From Octopus vulgaris (lineage: Eukaryota), in assembly GCA_951406725.2 (NCBI GenBank), contig OX597829.1, forward strand, positions 47,120,001 through 47,184,000: 64,000 nucleotides of DNA, in the 5' to 3' direction. The translations under genes and the position numbers were made by a program. Under the pieces are notes generated by a model, which was given only the letters and a program-made list of their open reading frames with translations, ran no database searches and was not told where the DNA came from. This document shows positions 42,841-56,920 of this stretch, one piece after another (the first letter of the stretch is position 1; each line of letters begins with the position of its first letter).

Positions 42841-43247
42841 GGCGCAGGAGTGGCTGTGTGGTAAGTAGCTTGTTTACCAAACACATGGTTCCGGGTTCAG
42901 TCCCACTGCGTGGCACCTTGGGCAAGTGTCTTCTACTATAGCCTCGGGCCGACCAAAGCCTTGTGAGTGGATTTGGTAGACGGAAACTGAAAGAAGCCCG
43001 TCGTATATATGTATATATATATATGTGTGTGCGTGTTTGTGTGTCTGTGTTTGTCCCGCTAGCATTGCTTGACAACCGATGCTGGTGTGTTTATGTCCCC
43101 GTTACTTAGCGGTTCGGCAAAAGAGACCGATAGAATAAGAACTGGGCTTACAAAAAGAATAAGTTCCAGGGTCGAGTTGCTCGATTAAAGGCGGTGCTCC
43201 AGCATGGCCGCAGTCAAATGACTGAAACAAGTAAAAGAGTAAAAGAG
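42841..43247 (+). mobile_element. SINE family A, full length
   Basis: Near-identical to 4778-5195. Confidence 0.9.
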
Positions 43248-43284
43248 TATATGTGTTTGTATACATAAATATATATGCATACAG

Positions 43285-43342
<58 letters not shown>

Positions 43343-43667
43343 GCTGAAGTAGAGACAGCATATTATTTGTCTATCTCTATACCTTCTTGGAGATTTTAGG
43401 CGTAATTATACAAATGTGTCCATCTGTTTTAATTTAATTAAATTCTATGTCTTTAGGCAGCCGAGGATTGCTCTGCATTTAAATTGATGCAATGATTGCA
43501 ATTTTCAATTAAATGGAGTTGCTTGAAACGATCGTACTGCGTTACCTCTGGATTACATTGTTGCTTATTTTGATTTTAATCACCATATTTTGAAATAGTA
43601 TCGATAATACCGTACTAAATTCTGGTGCCTCAACTTCAGTACCATATTCATCTGAATATATATATAA

Positions 43668-43780
43668 ACCTGGGCGTCGACGAGAAATTCCAAACCCGCT
43701 TCTTCAGGACGACGTTCGGGCCGGGGCCTATGGATAACTTCCAGAAATCCCTGGCTTGGCAATGCTATCGAGACGCACTA
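43668..43780 (+). pseudogene. Probable inverted fragment of the ORF2 C-terminal region
   Basis: + strand LGVDEKFQTRFFRTTFGPGPMDNFQKSLAWQCYRDAL resembles the W...aL segment preceding the CCHC/zf-RVT region of L1-type ORF2. GC content matches the LINE. Confidence 0.55.
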
Positions 43781-45746
43781 CTTTTCCGGGTTAATCTTCG
43801 CTCCCGTCACCGTTTCGTATTTTCTTAGTGTCTCGCCTATCATCTTGATGTGTTTTTCGCTCGACACTATGACGGTGATATCGTCCGCATATGCCGACAC
43901 GCTCGTCCCGCAACCCAGTTCCCATGGGATGCCCCTCAGTGTCGCCAGCTTCCGCAGTAGCGGCTCGAGAGTCAATACATACAGAAGCGCCGACCCTATC
44001 GAAGGCTTTAGACTGATCCAAATTGATCAACGCCCCACCCATGCCAGGATCCTTAACTACCCTGTCCACAATGTAGCGCATCAGATGGAGGTTGTTATGT
44101 ATGGTTCTGCCCGGCACGGCGCATGTTTTGCACCCTGTCGACCAGTTTACCAATGACAAGCGCCAACCTCTCGGCTATTACTTTGGCCAAAATTTTCAAA
44201 TCTGCGTTGAGCAGAGTGATGGGCCTGAAATTATCTATAAAATTCCCCTTGTTTGGGTCTTTCTTCAGTAACGTCACTGCACCTCGGCTCACGAAACCGG
44301 GGATTCTCTCGTTTTGTTGCCAGTTGCAGTAGACTGATGCCAAGAGGTCGCCAAACAAGTCTGGCATTTGACAATACAGCTCGTAGGGTAAACCATCCAA
44401 ACCAAGCGACTTATCCCTCGCGCAGCCCTCCATCGCATCCCGCACGTCAGCGGCTGTGATGGGACTTTCGCAACACTCCGCTTCTCTTGCCGAGAGCCGC
44501 GGCAGGTCGGTCAGGTAGGCACTGAAATCCATCCCGCGTTCCGACCCACCACTCGCACCAAACAGTCGAGCAAAGTGCTGTTGAAAGGCCTCACACATCC
44601 TTTCGGGTTCGAGTAAGCTGCATCCCTGTTGATCTATTAGCGACCGAATGGTGGCTCTGTTGCCACGCTGCACCTCTGCTACCCGGGCCTCTCGCGCAGC
44701 TTCGATCCCTTCGTTCATTAAGGCACGCATTTTAGCTCTGACGACGCAACCCTCGTGCTTGGCGTTGAGGTGTTGGTCGAGGGCTATCCTCGCAGCCAGC
44801 ACGCTGGTTGCGCTGCCAGGTCTCCCTCTACTCTATTTCGATCTATCGCTAATTCCTTGCTAAACCTAATTGATTCCGATTTTATTGCCATTTTCAGGGC
44901 GTACCACCAGCGGTTGTTAACGACGGCTCCCGTCAGCGCCCTCTTAATTAACTCGCTAATCCGGTTCCTGTAAACCTGTCGCGCTAGGAGCGACGTGTTC
45001 CGTTTCCAGTAACCGGGACCCTGTCTATGTGTCTTATCTAAGTCGAGCGTACACGTCACAAATTTGTGATCTGTGTAGCTGACTATTTTAAATTGTGGAC
45101 ATCCTACACTATCTCTATCCGCTGTCCTGCATAGAATTCTATCTAGATAAGATCTCGACGATCCGACGCGGTTTGTCCAAGTCCACGTTGGCACGTTCAG
45201 ATGTTCGAGTCGGAACCTGTCAGACAAATGGAAACGTCTGAGTAGGTCTTTGAGGCACTTACACCCCCTTCTATTCCTATCCATTCCCACATAATCAATA
45301 TGCGTGTCCAAGGTAGCGTTCCAATCCCTTACTAACAGTAAAGGTTTAGACGTACCCAGGAAAAACTCCAGACGTCTGAAGAAATCCGCCCGACCCGTTA
45401 AGGACGGTGCATAAACTGCCATCAGTCGGAATGCACACCCATTTCTGCCATCCACGTCAAAGAAAACCAGCCTACCCTCCGGGTCTAGGAATATTGCTCT
45501 TACTTTTACATTTAGACTCTTTCGAAAAAGTACCGCGGTGCATCCACCACCCATGTTCGGCAGACAGGGAGAAAAATAAATGTCGAATTGATCGCCAAAC
45601 ATGGACGCGAGGGCCCGCGGCTTGCTGAGTCTGGTTTCACTGATAGCTACTATATCCACGTTCAGTGACTTGATGTCGTTTAGAAGGAAACCTTGTTTCC
45701 AAGCCGACGCCAAGCCACGCGCATTCACACAGCCTAATTTAAGCAT
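43781..45746 (-). pseudogene. ORF2: AP endonuclease + reverse transcriptase, frameshifted and internally deleted
   Basis: APE motifs VNARGL, SETRL, VYAP, RDWN (for GDxN), YLDRI, TDH and GPGYWK. RT motifs GLDGLPYELY, FRPITLLNADLKILAK, LDQSKAFDRV, LLYVLTLEP, YADD and GAKINPEK, spread over 4 frame segments. Confidence 0.92.
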
Positions 45747-45812
45747 AATTGACGCTAAAGGAATTTGTGTTTTACACACTACATTGGAAGAGACAAGAGG
45801 CAAGAGGGAAGG

Positions 45813-46229
45813 TCACTTACCCATTTCGAAAGTTTCAGTTTTTTCTTCATCTTTTGTAGTGTCTTTGAGGAGGTGTTTGAATAGTTTTTTTGAGAGGTAT
45901 TTTTGAAACCCCCCTACCGCATTTGGAAATATGGTTTTCAGTGTATGGTGTTGTGTTTGTGTTATGTGTAAAATTCTTATGTGTTTCGGTGGAGTGGTGC
46001 GCGGATGGTTATTTGTCTTAAAGACATCTTCGCAGATGTTCGTGTTGGATGCAATGTAATCCATTAGTTTTTTATTGTCCGTGTCTATTGCTGTTAGTTG
46101 TGTGTGTGGTTTTGCGGGGTCATTGATCTTTTTTTGATTGTCTAAGGGGATGCTGTTCGGAGTTAAATATCTCCCTGCTTTACTTACTTGTTTGGTGGGC
46201 TTTTTTGGTCTTTTCCTTTTACCCCCTGT
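45813..46229 (-). pseudogene. ORF1 C-terminal part of the LINE (open frame TGGKRKRPKK...TFEMGK*)
   Basis: Stop-free basic frame from the truncation point to a stop just upstream of ORF2. The assignment as ORF1 rests on position. Confidence 0.6.
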
Positions 46230-46233
46230 GGCT

Positions 46234-46267
<34 letters not shown>

Positions 46268-46882
46268 CGAGACACGGATGGATATAGAGAGAGAAGAAAG
46301 AGAGATCAGGAGAGAGTGAGATTGAGAGATTGAGAGAGAGAGAGAGAATGGAGAGAGAGAGAGTAATTGGAAGATAGAGAGAGATTGAGAGAAAGAAAGA
46401 GAGAAAGATGAAGAATGGCTGAACTAGAATAAACCATATTCTAATACTCTTAGTTCATATGCTTCGTGCGATTCTCCCTTTATATATTATTTTTCATTTG
46501 AATATTCTGCTTGCCCAGATGGCTACCAAAATTCTTCGATTTTGTATTCCATCAGTGAAGTTTGCTGAATTCATCTAACAGAGAACAAACGTGTATTTTA
46601 ACCGAATACTATACCTACAAAGATCACTCACATTTTTTCTTTACGGTTAGGTAGGGCGCTATAGAGGAAGGATATGCGAGGCACAGAAGAATATACTCTG
46701 GGTGTTCAACTTGACTAATAGGCCAAAGAAAGGTGTTAACTCGGGACCATCCCACTTTATCACCCTATTTCCCCATCCACGTATCTTGCTAGCTATCAAG
46801 AAATCTATCTATGCATTTACCTTTATATATCTTATTTTTACTTTCACTCTTTTATTTCCCTCTATATTAATAAAGAATTAAT

Positions 46883-46945
46883 CGTAGACTAGTTTCGCCA
46901 TTAACGATTTTACATACGTAACAACGTCTGTGGTTCTTCAGTACG
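46883..46945 (-). ncRNA. Type-I hammerhead ribozyme motif
   Basis: - strand: CGTA CTGAAGA ACCA...TGGC GAAA CTAG TC TACG. Perfect stem I, palindromic stem III and GUC; first stem II pair mismatched. Confidence 0.8.
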
Positions 46946-47132
46946 ACCGTTCTAATTCAATATAATTTGTAGAACTATACACAAATTGACCTCATAAAAT
47001 TAGACGTATGTATATGTACAGAGCTGAGACATTTGAAAATAACCCAAATGTAATCGGTAGAACTATACACACAACTAATTTTATGAGGACAACCTGTGTA
47101 TAGTTCTGCAAATTATATTGAATTAGAACAGT

Positions 47133-47195
47133 CGTACTGAAGAGCCACATACGTTGCTACGTAAGTAAAATCGTTAATGGCGAAAGTAGTCTACG
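47133..47195 (+). ncRNA. Type-I hammerhead ribozyme motif
   Basis: CGTA CTGAAGA GCCA...TGGC GAAA GTAG TC TACG. Perfect stems I and II; stem III palindrome has C>G. Predicted cleavage after 47191. Confidence 0.8.
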
Positions 47196-47686
47196 ATTAA
47201 TTCTTTATGTTGTATATTTTCATTTGTCTTACCCGCTTATGTTCTGGTGTTTGCTGAATTTTTCTAGAGAACATTCTTTTCCTTTGTGGTTAGATCGTAG
47301 GTGATCTATTTTTAGCATATTGGATGCCCACTAAGTGGTCTTCCCTTCATATACTCATGTAAGATTTTTCTATATGCTAGACAACTGGTTTTAAATTGAT
47401 GTTAATTAAATTAATATTCAATTTAGCACCCTCATTATTTAAATTATATATATATATATATATATATAAATATATATAAAAATATATATATATACATATA
47501 TATACATATATACATATATATACATTTATATGTATGTATATATATATATGTATGTATTTGTATATGTATATACATACATATACGTTTATATACATTTATA
47601 TATGTATACATATTTGTATATTTATGTATATATATTTGTACGTGTTTGTATATATGTATATATATATATATGTATGTGTGTGTGTA

Positions 47687-47729
<43 letters not shown>

Positions 47730-48021
47730 GTGTGTGTGTGTATTGATGTGTGTATGTTTATATGTATGTATTTATGCATAAATGTAAGAATGTATGTTTT
47801 TATGTATTTATGTATGTTTGTATGTATGTATGTATGTATGTATGTATGTATGAATGAATGTATGTATGTATGTATGTATGTATGTATGTATGAATGAATG
47901 TATGTATGTATGTATGTATGTGTGTGTGTGTATGTATGTATGTATGTATGTATGTGTGTATGTATGTATGTATGTATGTACGTATGTATATATGTATGTA
48001 TGTATGTATCTATCTGTCTAT

Positions 48022-48077
<56 letters not shown>

Positions 48078-48166
48078 TGTGTGCATGTATGTTACAATCA
48101 TCTCGAATCTTTCTACTAACATATCCATGCATAGTCTTCTGCTTATATAAGCTCATCCTTTCATCT

Positions 48167-48260
48167 GATGATACGTTTCGGTAGAGTTGTGCGACTTCTT
48201 TGGGTATGTATTCTAGGTTATCAGACAAAGAATGTTGCTCAAGGAGCTACCTTCCAGGTC
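48167..48260 (-). ncRNA. Degenerate hammerhead motif with long stem II insert
   Basis: - strand: GAC CTGGAA GGTAG....CTACC GAAA CGTA TC ATC. The core is damaged. Confidence 0.4.
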
Positions 48261-48760
48261 TTGTATGTAAGTATGTAAGTATTTATGCGTGTATATATAC
48301 ATCCAGAGTTTTACTGCCCATTTATATCCATTATAGAATAAGACCCTAAGTTGTAATTTGAAAATTTCGCTGTTATTCCTAGCAAATTTGTTTATTACGT
48401 AAAGGTTCCCTCATGGAACATAAACGCTGTCTATTTGTTTGTTAGTCAACACTATTATTGATGCAGTGATATTTTACATATTTCTCGTTAATATTATTTC
48501 ACTGATTTCAGCCTTTGAACTTTGGCCATGCTTTGACCCAGCCTTCACGAGCTAGTACTCATTTTGTCATTTTCTTTTTTCTTTTTTTGTTTTTTTTTTT
48601 GTTCTTAGATCGACTCTATTTAATTCAGTCTTTCTTTATAAGATATTGAAAGCAAGGTAGACATTTTGCGTAAAGGGAGACAATTAATGCAAATATGCAC
48701 ACATATTTAGTAGGAAAGAGACGAGGAAAGACAGACAGACAGACAGACAGAGACAGGCAA

Positions 48761-48817
<57 letters not shown>

Positions 48818-48909
48818 GAGAAAGAGAGAGAGAGAGAATAAGAGTACTAGAATGAGAGAAAGAGGCGGAAATTACATACAAATTCACATTTACAAACTTA
48901 CATATAATC

Positions 48910-48938
48910 ATGATCACCTTCAACATCATTATGATCGC

Positions 48939-48979
<41 letters not shown>

Positions 48980-49140
48980 CCACCATCATCATCATCATCA
49001 TCATCATCAACATCAACATCATTACGATCGCCATCATTATCATCATCAGCAGCATCATGAACCAGAACAACAACAGAAGCGGCGTCAGCAGTGGCAGCAG
49101 TGGCAGCAGTGGCTGCAGTGGCAGCAATGGTAGCAGCAGC
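48910..49140. repeat. (CAT)n followed by (CAGCAGTGG)n low-complexity repeat
   Basis: Read directly from the sequence. Confidence 0.9.
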
Positions 49141-49153
49141 GGTCTATTACCAT

Positions 49154-49190
<37 letters not shown>

Positions 49191-49735
49191 ATCAAAAAGA
49201 TTTATGTGACGTTCTTGAAACTACTTTTTTTTCTTTTCTTTTTTATCGCCATTTGCCATCTACCGTCAATTTGGCGAATATCAGCAAAAGATAGAGACAT
49301 CGTTAGCATGTTTAATCACATTCTCTTCGGTGTTTTAATGTTTTAATGTTCTTCATTTTCGTCGTCGTCGTCGTCGTTGTCATCGTCGTCATTGTCATGG
49401 TCGCCTTCTTCGTCGCCATCACTACCAAACACATCTGTCACCACTACCACCACCATCATCAACACCACAACCACAAAGACAATTGTTATCATCATCATCT
49501 TCTTCATCATCATCATCATCATCATCGTCATCGTCATCATCATCGTCATCATCATCATCATCATCATCACCATCATTGTCACCATCATCATCATCGTTAA
49601 TATTATTACTGCGATTACTATTATTAATATTATCATTATTATAATTGTTATTATTATTATCATCATCATCATCATCATTGTTATCTTTGTAAGTAATCAT
49701 TATACACACTATTATTATTATTATTATTATTATTA

Positions 49736-49823
<88 letters not shown>

Positions 49824-49948
49824 CATCATCATTATTATTAATATTATCATTATTATCATTACATTTTTATTTTTCCTTGTATTCGTCCTTACACTTGCTA
49901 GCATTGGAATGAGTATATAACAAACTAGGATATCAACATGACATATGT

Positions 49949-50004
<56 letters not shown>

Positions 50005-50094
50005 GTATATGTATATATATATATACATATATATATATACATATATATATACATATACATATACACACACACACACACATATATATGCATATTC

Positions 50095-50127
<33 letters not shown>

Positions 50128-50903
50128 TGTTTACGTATATATGTGTGTGTATATTTATATAACTATACACACACACACACATGCACACATATTTACATAT
50201 ATATGTATGTATGTAAGTATGTATGTATGTATGTATGTATGTATGTATGTACGTATGTATGTATGTATGTATGTATGCATGTACGTATGTACGTATGTAT
50301 GTAAGTATGAATATATAAATGTACAATGTACAATGTACAAATTAAAAAAAAACTATTTCATTTCAGTGCTAGGAAGAAATTGCAGTTCACACTTGCAGCA
50401 GAGGAAAAACAAATATGGCAAGAGAAAATAAATAAATAAATAAAAAATATAAATAAATAAATAAATAAATGAATAAATATGAATCAAATGACTTAAAAAT
50501 TCCGTTGTATAAAGAACACTAAAACCTGCTGAAAATTGCATTGGATTGTAACAAAATTGTGATCTAACGTCTGTTGTTAATCTGTTTTCAGGAACCAAAA
50601 CGTTATTGGAGATATTTTATTGTTGAAGAAAAAAAAAAAGAAGTAATAATGAAAATGAGGGAATTGAAACAATTTCTCAATTCCCACATTGTAATATGTA
50701 TGTATGTATATATATGTGGGTACATGCGTACATACATATATATATATATATGTTTATATATATGTAGGTATATATATATATATATGTAGGCATATATATA
50801 TATATCATATATCATAATCATATATATATGATTATGATATATGATAAATGATATATGATATAAATATATATATACCTACATATATATATGTATATATAGA
50901 TGT

Positions 50904-50939
<36 letters not shown>

Positions 50940-50978
50940 TATATCATTTATCATATATCATAATCATATATATATATC

Positions 50979-51010
<32 letters not shown>

Positions 51011-51136
51011 CATTTATGTATGCTTGTCTATATATATCCATATATATATGTAAGTATTTATGTATATACACCATGGCATGTATATTACTCTATATGCTTA
51101 TCTAGATACAAACAGGCATATATAAATACACACACG

Positions 51137-51202
<66 letters not shown>

Positions 51203-51509
51203 CACGATCAAGCACTATATTGTATATGCGTATGCATATATGAATGTATATTGTATTTGTTCCTTCAACTGCATTAAGTCAGATGTGTAATTCTTTTATT
51301 TTTCATTTATTGTTTGTCATCTCAAAATAATTCTGCCATTCACTTTTTTTCGTTTTTTTTTTTAATTTTTTTTTTTCTCCTATGAGAGGAATCAACAAAT
51401 CACCACTCCCGAAACCTTTTTTCAATAATTATATGCATGTATATATATGTATGTGTATATATATTTCAGCGGTCGTGCCCCAGCATGGCCGCGGCCTATT
51501 TATATATAC

Positions 51510-51567
<58 letters not shown>

Positions 51568-51707
51568 ATGCGTGTGAAGCTATATATATACTGTATATAT
51601 ACCTATATACATATATATACATATGTATATATACTTACAGAAGCGTGTATGAGTGCTTATACACATATGTATATGTATGTGTATCTATATATATGTATAT
51701 ATATATG

Positions 51708-51767
<60 letters not shown>

Positions 51768-51768
51768 T

Positions 51769-51855
<87 letters not shown>

Positions 51856-51967
51856 TATAAGCACTCATACACGCTTCTGTAAGTATATATTTACATCAAT
51901 GTACATATTTACATAAATAAGGATATTATTGATAGTGACTTCGAATTTTCGTTTCCACTTAAGTCGT

Positions 51968-52008
51968 CTTCTGACGATAGCTTAACCGACCGAAACTTCG
52001 AAGTCGTT
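51968..52008 (+). ncRNA. Hammerhead motif with intact core and decayed stems I/II
   Basis: CTGACGA ...CGACC GAAA CTTCGAAG TC, with a perfect palindromic stem III. A mirrored remnant GACTTCGAATTTTCG lies at 51937-51951. Confidence 0.55.
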
Positions 52009-52521
52009 GTCACTAGTATATGCTTGTTTGAGAAAAATAAATTTCTACTCTACAAAAGTATAGAGTGACCCATCAATATTAATGCTAAATTGTTTTTTAT
52101 TATGACTGAACATAAAAAAAAAGATTAACATATATACATAAATGCATATAACTTATATATACGTACGATGTACGTAGAAATAAACTGTAGAGTTTTCATA
52201 TGCAAATATTAAATATTTGCTTCTAATTTCACGTAAAACTTTTACATAAATCCAGATGCTGTCATTCTTGCGCATGCCTGATATATATTTGAGAGGATTG
52301 GTGTATATATATATATATGTATGTTCAAATGTATGCACATATGTGTGTATGTATTTATGTATTGAAAGAAACATTTGATATTGCATAACTAACTATATAG
52401 ATTGTTAAGTCAACACATTTGTAGCTTGGTTGATACGTAGAGGGGTTGATAAAGCGTAATTTGGTAAACATACATACATATTGATAGATTGAAGAATTGG
52501 CAGGCAGACAGACACAGACAA

Positions 52522-52775
<254 letters not shown>

Positions 52776-52867
52776 GGGAAAGAAAAAAAAGAAAAGAATA
52801 AAAAGGAAAAAGAGGAAAAGAAAAATAAAAAAGGAAGAAAAAAGAGGAAAAAAAAGGGAGAGGAAAA

Positions 52868-52936
<69 letters not shown>

Positions 52937-52946
52937 CAGACAGACT

Positions 52947-52984
<38 letters not shown>

Positions 52985-53206
52985 AATAAATAAAGAAAGA
53001 AAGAAAGAAAGAAAGAAGGAAAGAAAGGAAGAAAGAGGCAGACAGACGAACGGACAGACATACAGATAGAGAAATATTGCAAAATATATAGTTACATACA
53101 CAAGCATACTATAAAGCATATATGCATACATGCACACACACATACATTTATACATACATTCATACATAGATGCATACATACATACATACGTACATACATA
53201 CATACA

Positions 53207-53268
<62 letters not shown>

Positions 53269-53334
53269 CATACATACATACATACATACATACATACATA
53301 CATACATACATACATACATACGTACATACATACA

Positions 53335-53368
<34 letters not shown>

Positions 53369-54118
53369 CATACATACATACGTACATACATATATAAATA
53401 TATATGTATATACATATATATATATAACCGGGTGAATAATTATGTACAAGAGTGTATGGAGCGAGAATGCAAGAACGTTTTGAAATGCCTAAATCTCAAG
53501 AGTACATTCATGATGAATGTATGGATTGATGAGTGGAATTTTTGGTGGATGACTAAATGGAAAGATAACTGGGTGAAGAACCGGCAATGTGGATAGGTGG
53601 ATAGGTGGATAGGTGGATAGCTGCATGGTTGCACGGTTGGGGAAAGATCAAACGCAAAGATGTATATTCAGAAATTTTCACGGATAAACTTGTAGCTCAG
53701 TGAGCAAATTATGCTAACATTTATTTGCATTTTAGCTTGCTGGTTCGGTTGTATATTTCGTTGTGATTAAATAATGTAAAAATCTTGAGATGGATCCGTA
53801 GAATTTTTCCTTGAGATTAAGTCAGAATGGTAAGCCTACTAATGATATATGAAAATAAAGTACCATTATGTACACTTCATTGTGTGTGTGTGTGTATGTG
53901 TGTGTGTATGTGTGTGTGTACATGTTTACGTGCTTGCGTGTGTGTATGTGTATGTATGTAGGTATGCGTGTGTATAGATGTTTTTAATATTTGTGTGTTT
54001 CGTATGTTTGCATTTTAATTGACAAACATATACAATGAAACACGTACATTAATATACGCATATATATATATATATACATATATACATACATATATATATA
54101 GAGATATGTATCTATATG

Positions 54119-54153
<35 letters not shown>

Positions 54154-54222
54154 ATGTTTATGAATATATACAAACATATATGCGTGTATATATATATATG
54201 TATCTACGTATGTATGTACATG

Positions 54223-54296
<74 letters not shown>

Positions 54297-56003
54297 CACA
54301 TGAATATATATGTATAAATACATGCTTATGTATGCTACGTGAATATCTGAATACATGTGTGTATGTGTGTATACATCAATGAATGTTATGTACATATGTG
54401 TGCATACATGTATGAATGTGCATGTATATGTATGTGTGTGTGTACGCGTGTGCGCGTAGCACATGCCGATTTAATTCGTTTGTTTCCACAGTGATGTTTC
54501 CCTGGGGAAGTGATTAAATTTGTGAAATTGATTTTAAATGAAACATTGAACTCGCCATATTGTTGGTACGACAAAATTATTCAAATCGTTTGAACTACAA
54601 TTTTCGAAAACATTTTTCTTTGCTGTGCCTAAGAGCTCCTCCTACTAACTGTAAGCATGTAATTTTGTGAATTTGTGTATACGTACATATATTTAACACA
54701 CACACACACACACATACAGACAGACATACACAGACACAGACACACATTCACACACACACACGTGTATGTGTGTGTGTGTGTGTTCGAAATGGAATCAGAC
54801 ATCCATATTGGCAGATCGAACTATTTATATGTCTTAATTGTTATTACATGCAAATGAAGTTTGGGGATTTCCTTCGATGAAACGGAAAGAAAAATTTGGA
54901 CGCAAACTGAGGTCGTCGCCAAAGAAATTGGCAATGTAATTGACAAATATTCTTCAGAGAATTCTTCAAACCTGCTTCTGGAAATTGTTTTGCAAAAATA
55001 ACTTCTACAGGGCTCTCTTAATATATGGAAACAAAGCACGCGTCTTTTTTTTTTTTTTCGTTTTTTTTTTTTGTAATAATTACATAGACATAATGACGAT
55101 CTCTAATTAAAATTAATGATGTTTGGCATTCATACTTTTTTCAAATAGCACAAAAGGTGTCAATGATACGCAATGGCTGAGTGTAGAAGCCAGACCTATT
55201 TCACCCTTCCACAATCATCAATGAACTACAAAAAAAATTCCTGTGTGTATGTCAAAGAAATCTGATAAAACTACAAAAGGAGATATGATTTTTGATGTTT
55301 TTCTAGAACATTAAGCACGTACGTTCAAGCAAATGAATGAAATGAAAAATGGATCCGGTCTCAGCTTTCCGAAAAATTTACGGTTTTTTTTTTTTTTCAT
55401 CGTTATTATTTGTGAAATATTTAATAATACCTGCTATGTTATATTTCGAAATTAATATATGAAATCCTACAATATAGTTATAACTCTACAAGAATTGATG
55501 TAAATGAAATAAAGAGAATAAGAAACGATTCTTTCCCTTTTTTTTTTTTTTTTCACAAGTTATGAGAGAACTCTTTGAAAAAAAAATCGATTCAAACACC
55601 TTAACATGAATGTCAAATAACGTACGGTTTTGCAAAACGCTTACAAAAAGAAAAAAAACTTTCATATATTTTGTTTTGTTCGGTTTTATTTTTTTTACGT
55701 TATAAGTCAAATTCGGAAGCAGATAATTTACGTGATCACAAATAACAAATAAAAATAAATATACTTTTCTTCTTCGTAAGAATGGGTTTCCTTCAAAGAA
55801 TCACGAATATCATGATATCTGATATTTAAAATATTCCAGAGAAAATATGGGATTGCAGCTAAAACGAGCACATGATATATATATATATATATATATATAT
55901 GCATCAATTTTTAAAAGTTCGATTTATCGTATTCAAATCTCACTACAAACAGTTACAATACAACAACAGTAGAACCCTTTAACAAAAGAAATATGTATAT
56001 AAA

Positions 56004-56059
<56 letters not shown>

Positions 56060-56073
56060 TATGTATAAGTATG

Positions 56074-56120
<47 letters not shown>

Positions 56121-56127
56121 GTATGTA

Positions 56128-56224
<97 letters not shown>

Positions 56225-56252
56225 CGTCCACGGATTTTATCATTATTATTTA

Positions 56253-56470
56253 AGGTGGCGAGCTAGCAGAATCGTTAGCACGCCGAACGAAACGCTTAGC
56301 GGTATTTCGCCTGTCTTCACGTTCTGAGTTCAAATTCCGCCCAGGTAGACTTTGCCTTTCATCCTTTCGGAGTCGATAAATTAAGTACCACTGAAACACT
56401 AGGATCGGTGTAATCGACTAGTCCCATCCACTAAAATCCCGGGCCCTGCGCCTTCAGTAGAAAAGATTAT
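56253..56470 (+). mobile_element. SINE family B
   Basis: Homologous to 4538-4752. Confidence 0.85.
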
Positions 56471-56920
56471 TATTTATTATAGTTATTAGGTTTATACTTA
56501 GTTATATCGGTACAGTTGGTACGATCCTATAAAACTGTCATTGCAGGTTGGAATCGCTAGACCATAGGCGACACAATAGCATAGAAACTTTTATATACAT
56601 ACTTAAAGACGTTTACCGTAAACAAACTTAAAGTATATATAATATAATATAATATTATATAATATAATATAATATAATATAATATAATATAAAAGTATAA
56701 AATTGTTAAATATTCTATCGGTGGCCAGCACATAAAAATATAGACCTATTAAAGTGAAATCATAAATACAATTATAATTAAAGGCGTAGAAAAGAATGCT
56801 TGCCTATATGCTGAAAGGAGACGCTAAATCGTCCAACCGCATTAAATATTATCACTATCATTATTACACATGCGTCGAAATCGAGGGTGCAAGTCAACGG
56901 AAATTCATAAAATTGAGTTA

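Larger units (their letters stand above)
43668..46231 (-). mobile_element. L1/Tx1-type non-LTR retrotransposon, 5'-truncated and rearranged
   Basis: GC-richer block containing the ORF1 tail, an AP endonuclease and RT motifs (see the next three features). Confidence 0.9.
46871..47207. repeat. Inverted repeat, arms 46871-47003 and 47075-47207 (about 133 bp each)
   Basis: TAAAGAATTAATCGTAGACTAG...CCTCATAAAATTAG versus CTAATTTTATGAGG...GTCTACGATTAATTCTTTA. Confidence 0.92.

Noticed and set aside
48852-49209. Poly-His/Gln/Ser-Gly ORFs resembling a transcription-factor low-complexity region
   Set aside because: Derived from (CAT)n/(CAGCAGTGG)n between GA/CT microsatellites, with no adjoining domain.
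54860-55000. Possible mariner transposase C-terminal remnant
   Set aside because: Only a vague resemblance, with no DD34D motifs or TIR identified.
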